A model generated the notes under the pieces. The model saw only the letters and a program-made list of their open reading frames with translations. It did not search any database and was not told the DNA's origin. A program made the translations under genes and the position numbers. A stretch of DNA of 64,000 nucleotides from Phaeosaccion multiseriatum (Eukaryota; Protista; Ochrophyta, other classes), in the NCBI GenBank assembly GCA_965112735.1, contig OZ218954.1, positions 2,170,001 through 2,234,000 on the forward strand. Reading direction: 5' to 3'. Of the stretch, positions 61,633 through 64,000 are shown piece by piece (the stretch's first letter is position 1; each line of letters starts with the position of its first letter).

Positions 61633-63722
61633 GGTGGAGCCTAGTGAATGCGGCAGGCCGTGTGCCTCGTGCTCGGTACCGCGCCACGTGCAATGTGTAC
61701 AAGGAGTCTGCCTTCCTCTTTGGGGGGCATGATGGTAAGAGTCTACGTAGACTCTCTACACCAACACACACATATCTCCATGCTTTTTCTTTAGTATCAC
61801 CTCTCTCTACTTGTCTTTGTTCACGTCTTTCTCTCCTCTTGTCCTCTGGTCCAGGCACGAGACACCTCAACGACGTGCATGTGTTCAGCTTCGACACACG
61901 CGTGTGGGTACCGCTGGAGACCCAAGGACACCCCCCCATTCCCAGAGACAGGTGAGGAGGGCATGGCAGTGGATGGTCATAGGTAGGGGAGGGGTGAGAG
62001 ATTATCTCTCTCTTGTCTCCTTGCCTCTCTTTTGTCTCTCTCTCAACCATCTATAACCGGCACATTACCAAATCCTCTTTGTCGATGTTCTCTGCCTCTC
62101 CACTGCGTCATCATCTTCATCCTCCTCCTTCGGTCCCGTAGCCACGTGTCAGTCACGCACGGCAAGAGCCTTTACGTCTTCGGGGGCTCCACCGGCAGGT
62201 TTGTTACTGTCTGACCTTGTGTGTTAGGGCACGGAGTTGTTGAGTGGCGTTACAATACTTCTATATTTCGTTGGAGAAGTAGGCATCACATCACTTACTC
62301 ACTCACTCTCTCACGCACTCTCTCTCTAACTCCCTCCCTCCCTCACTCACTCACTCACTCACCAACTCACTCACTTACTCCTTCCCTGCCTCCCTCTCCC
62401 TCCCCATCTCTCCGTCCCTCCCCTCACTAGCGCGATGAACGACTTCCACGAGCTGGCTCTAGACACGTGCAAATGGGCCACCGTGCCCCCCAACCAGAAC
62501 CATAACAGCCCCGTGCCCAACCACCGCTTCTGTCACGTGGCCTGTGTAGTGCGCAACTCTCTCTTCGTCATGGGCGGATACGACGGCACCAATCGACTCA
62601 ACGACCTCCTGGAGTTTCGCTTCAGCGTCGACATTACCGCCTGCGACATTCCCAAGAGTACACTGGTGGAGGACCTGGGGCACTTCGTCAACAGCGACGT
62701 GCTCAGCGACATTACCTTTATCGTAGAGGGGCAGCCTGTGTACGCACACAAGGTCCTGTGCATGCGCTGTACGTACTTTCGGGCCATGCTGACTGGAGAG
62801 ATGATGGAGTCTCGGGCTAAGGAGATTACGCTGCCGGATGTTCGCCGGCCCATATTCCTGGCCTTGCTGGAGTACCTCTACACCGATCATGTGCGTGTGT
62901 GTGCGTGTGCGTGTGCGTGCGCGTGTGCGTGTGTGTCTGCGTGTGAGTGTGTGTCCACCCTCCCAAGCTACCCACCCACTCACGCGCCCACCCCACCAAC
63001 CCACGCCCCCACTCGCGCGCCCCACCTCCAACCCTCACCACCTTCCCACTCGCGTACCCACACACGCACCCACACACGCACCCACCCACGCACCCACACG
63101 CAGGTGGAGATACCTCTGGACATAGCAATGGAATTGTTCCAGGCTGCGGATCAGTTTGGGGTGGACCGGTTGAAGCGAATGTGCGAGGGGAAGATGCTGA
63201 GCTCCATCAACGTCGAGAATGCCGCCACCATCTTCCACGCTGCTGATCTACATGACGCCAAGAGCCTGCGCGAGAAGGTGGGTGAGAAGGATGGGGAGGG
63301 GAGGGGAGGAGAGGCGGAGGAGGAGGAGGAGGAGGAGGAGGAAGAGGCAACTCTTGGCCACAACCCTTCAGAAGCCTGTCCTTCTGTCCGCTGCGCTTGG
63401 TAGCCCCCCGCCCGTTCCTCGTCTCCCTCTCCCCTTCCCTCTCCCTGTCTCCCTCTCCCTCCTTCCCTCCCTTTCCTCTCTCTCTGCCCATATGCCTCTC
63501 CTGTCTCCCTCTCCATCAACCCCTCCCTCCCTTCCTCCCTTCTTCCTCCCCCCTCTCTCTCTACTACATCGTCTCGCTCTTAACTCTCCCCCCCCCCCTG
63601 TACAGACGCTGAGTTACGTGCTGCAGAACTTCGACAGTGTGTCCAAGACCCCTGCCTTTCAAGACATGGGGGCGGCCCCGGGGGGCATGCAGCTCATCTT
63701 CGAGGTTTTGAAGAACCGATAA
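59649..63722 (+). CDS. Kelch-repeat plus BTB/POZ-BACK protein, LZTR1-like (490 aa, 11 exons)
   Basis: Exons 59649-59757, 59900-59955, 60159-60262, 60847-60995, 61360-61408, 61634-61734, 61855-61951, 62142-62198, 62431-62890, 63104-63277, 63606-63722. Six kelch repeats (VFGG.DG..R.ND) and BTB LSDITFIVEGQPVYAHKVL...FLALLEYLYTD. Start codon tentative. Confidence 0.92.
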
Positions 63723-64000
63723 AAGGGATCCCTGTTGTTCTTTTTGTTGCTGGGGCGTAGGACGTGGGAGCTCCCTCTTTTGAGGTTTTGAAGATCCGGT
63801 AAAAGATAGAAGGATCAAAGGAGCTCTGCGCTTTGTTGCTGGGAAGAAGTAGGGAAGAAGAAGAGGAAAATGAGGAAGAAAGGAAGGCAGCCGAGGGGAA
63901 GGGAGGTGCGAATGGCTGAAACGTACACAACACGCGGATGTGTGTACAGGCACACGGAGAAGAGCTGGTCTGGTGGTCTGTCCGCGTTTCACTGTCTTTT

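Noticed and set aside
55625-63722. Rab1 next to an LZTR1-like kelch-BTB protein as a functional module
   Set aside because: LZTR1 targets RAS-family GTPases (RIT1, MRAS), and adjacency in a eukaryotic genome is not evidence of a shared pathway.

Overview
Gene-dense eukaryotic nuclear DNA with microsatellite-rich spliceosomal introns. The organism is probably a flagellated, plastid-bearing stramenopile alga; this is an inference from BBS9 and a bipartite ASAFAP-like presequence on the MATE transporter. Most ORFs in the supplied track are low-complexity artefacts. Hand splicing (GT/GC-AG, phases checked) gives these genes: BBS9/PTHB1 (-, 16 exons), RPS25 (+, ATG-only first exon), UBE2K/UBC1 (-), PFA-DSP/OCA phosphatase (+), mitochondrial citrate synthase (-, 14 exons), BRD8-like bromodomain protein (-), HCWGGHGR-type phosphatase (-), a mucin-like type I membrane protein with duplicated exons (+), TLDc/MEAK7-like protein (-), MATE transporter (-), Rab1 (+) and a kelch-BTB LZTR1-like protein (+). 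There are also two intronless orphan ORFs and a truncated CRE-like non-LTR retroelement remnant. The most unusual segment is 25.99-27.62 kb: a ~480-bp imperfect inverted repeat whose arms look like decayed C2H2 zinc-finger coding sequence, followed by an acidic tandem array with a second palindrome. It is a candidate hairpin small-RNA or TE-silencing locus. Also notable: many 5' splice sites run directly into microsatellites made of their own first four bases.
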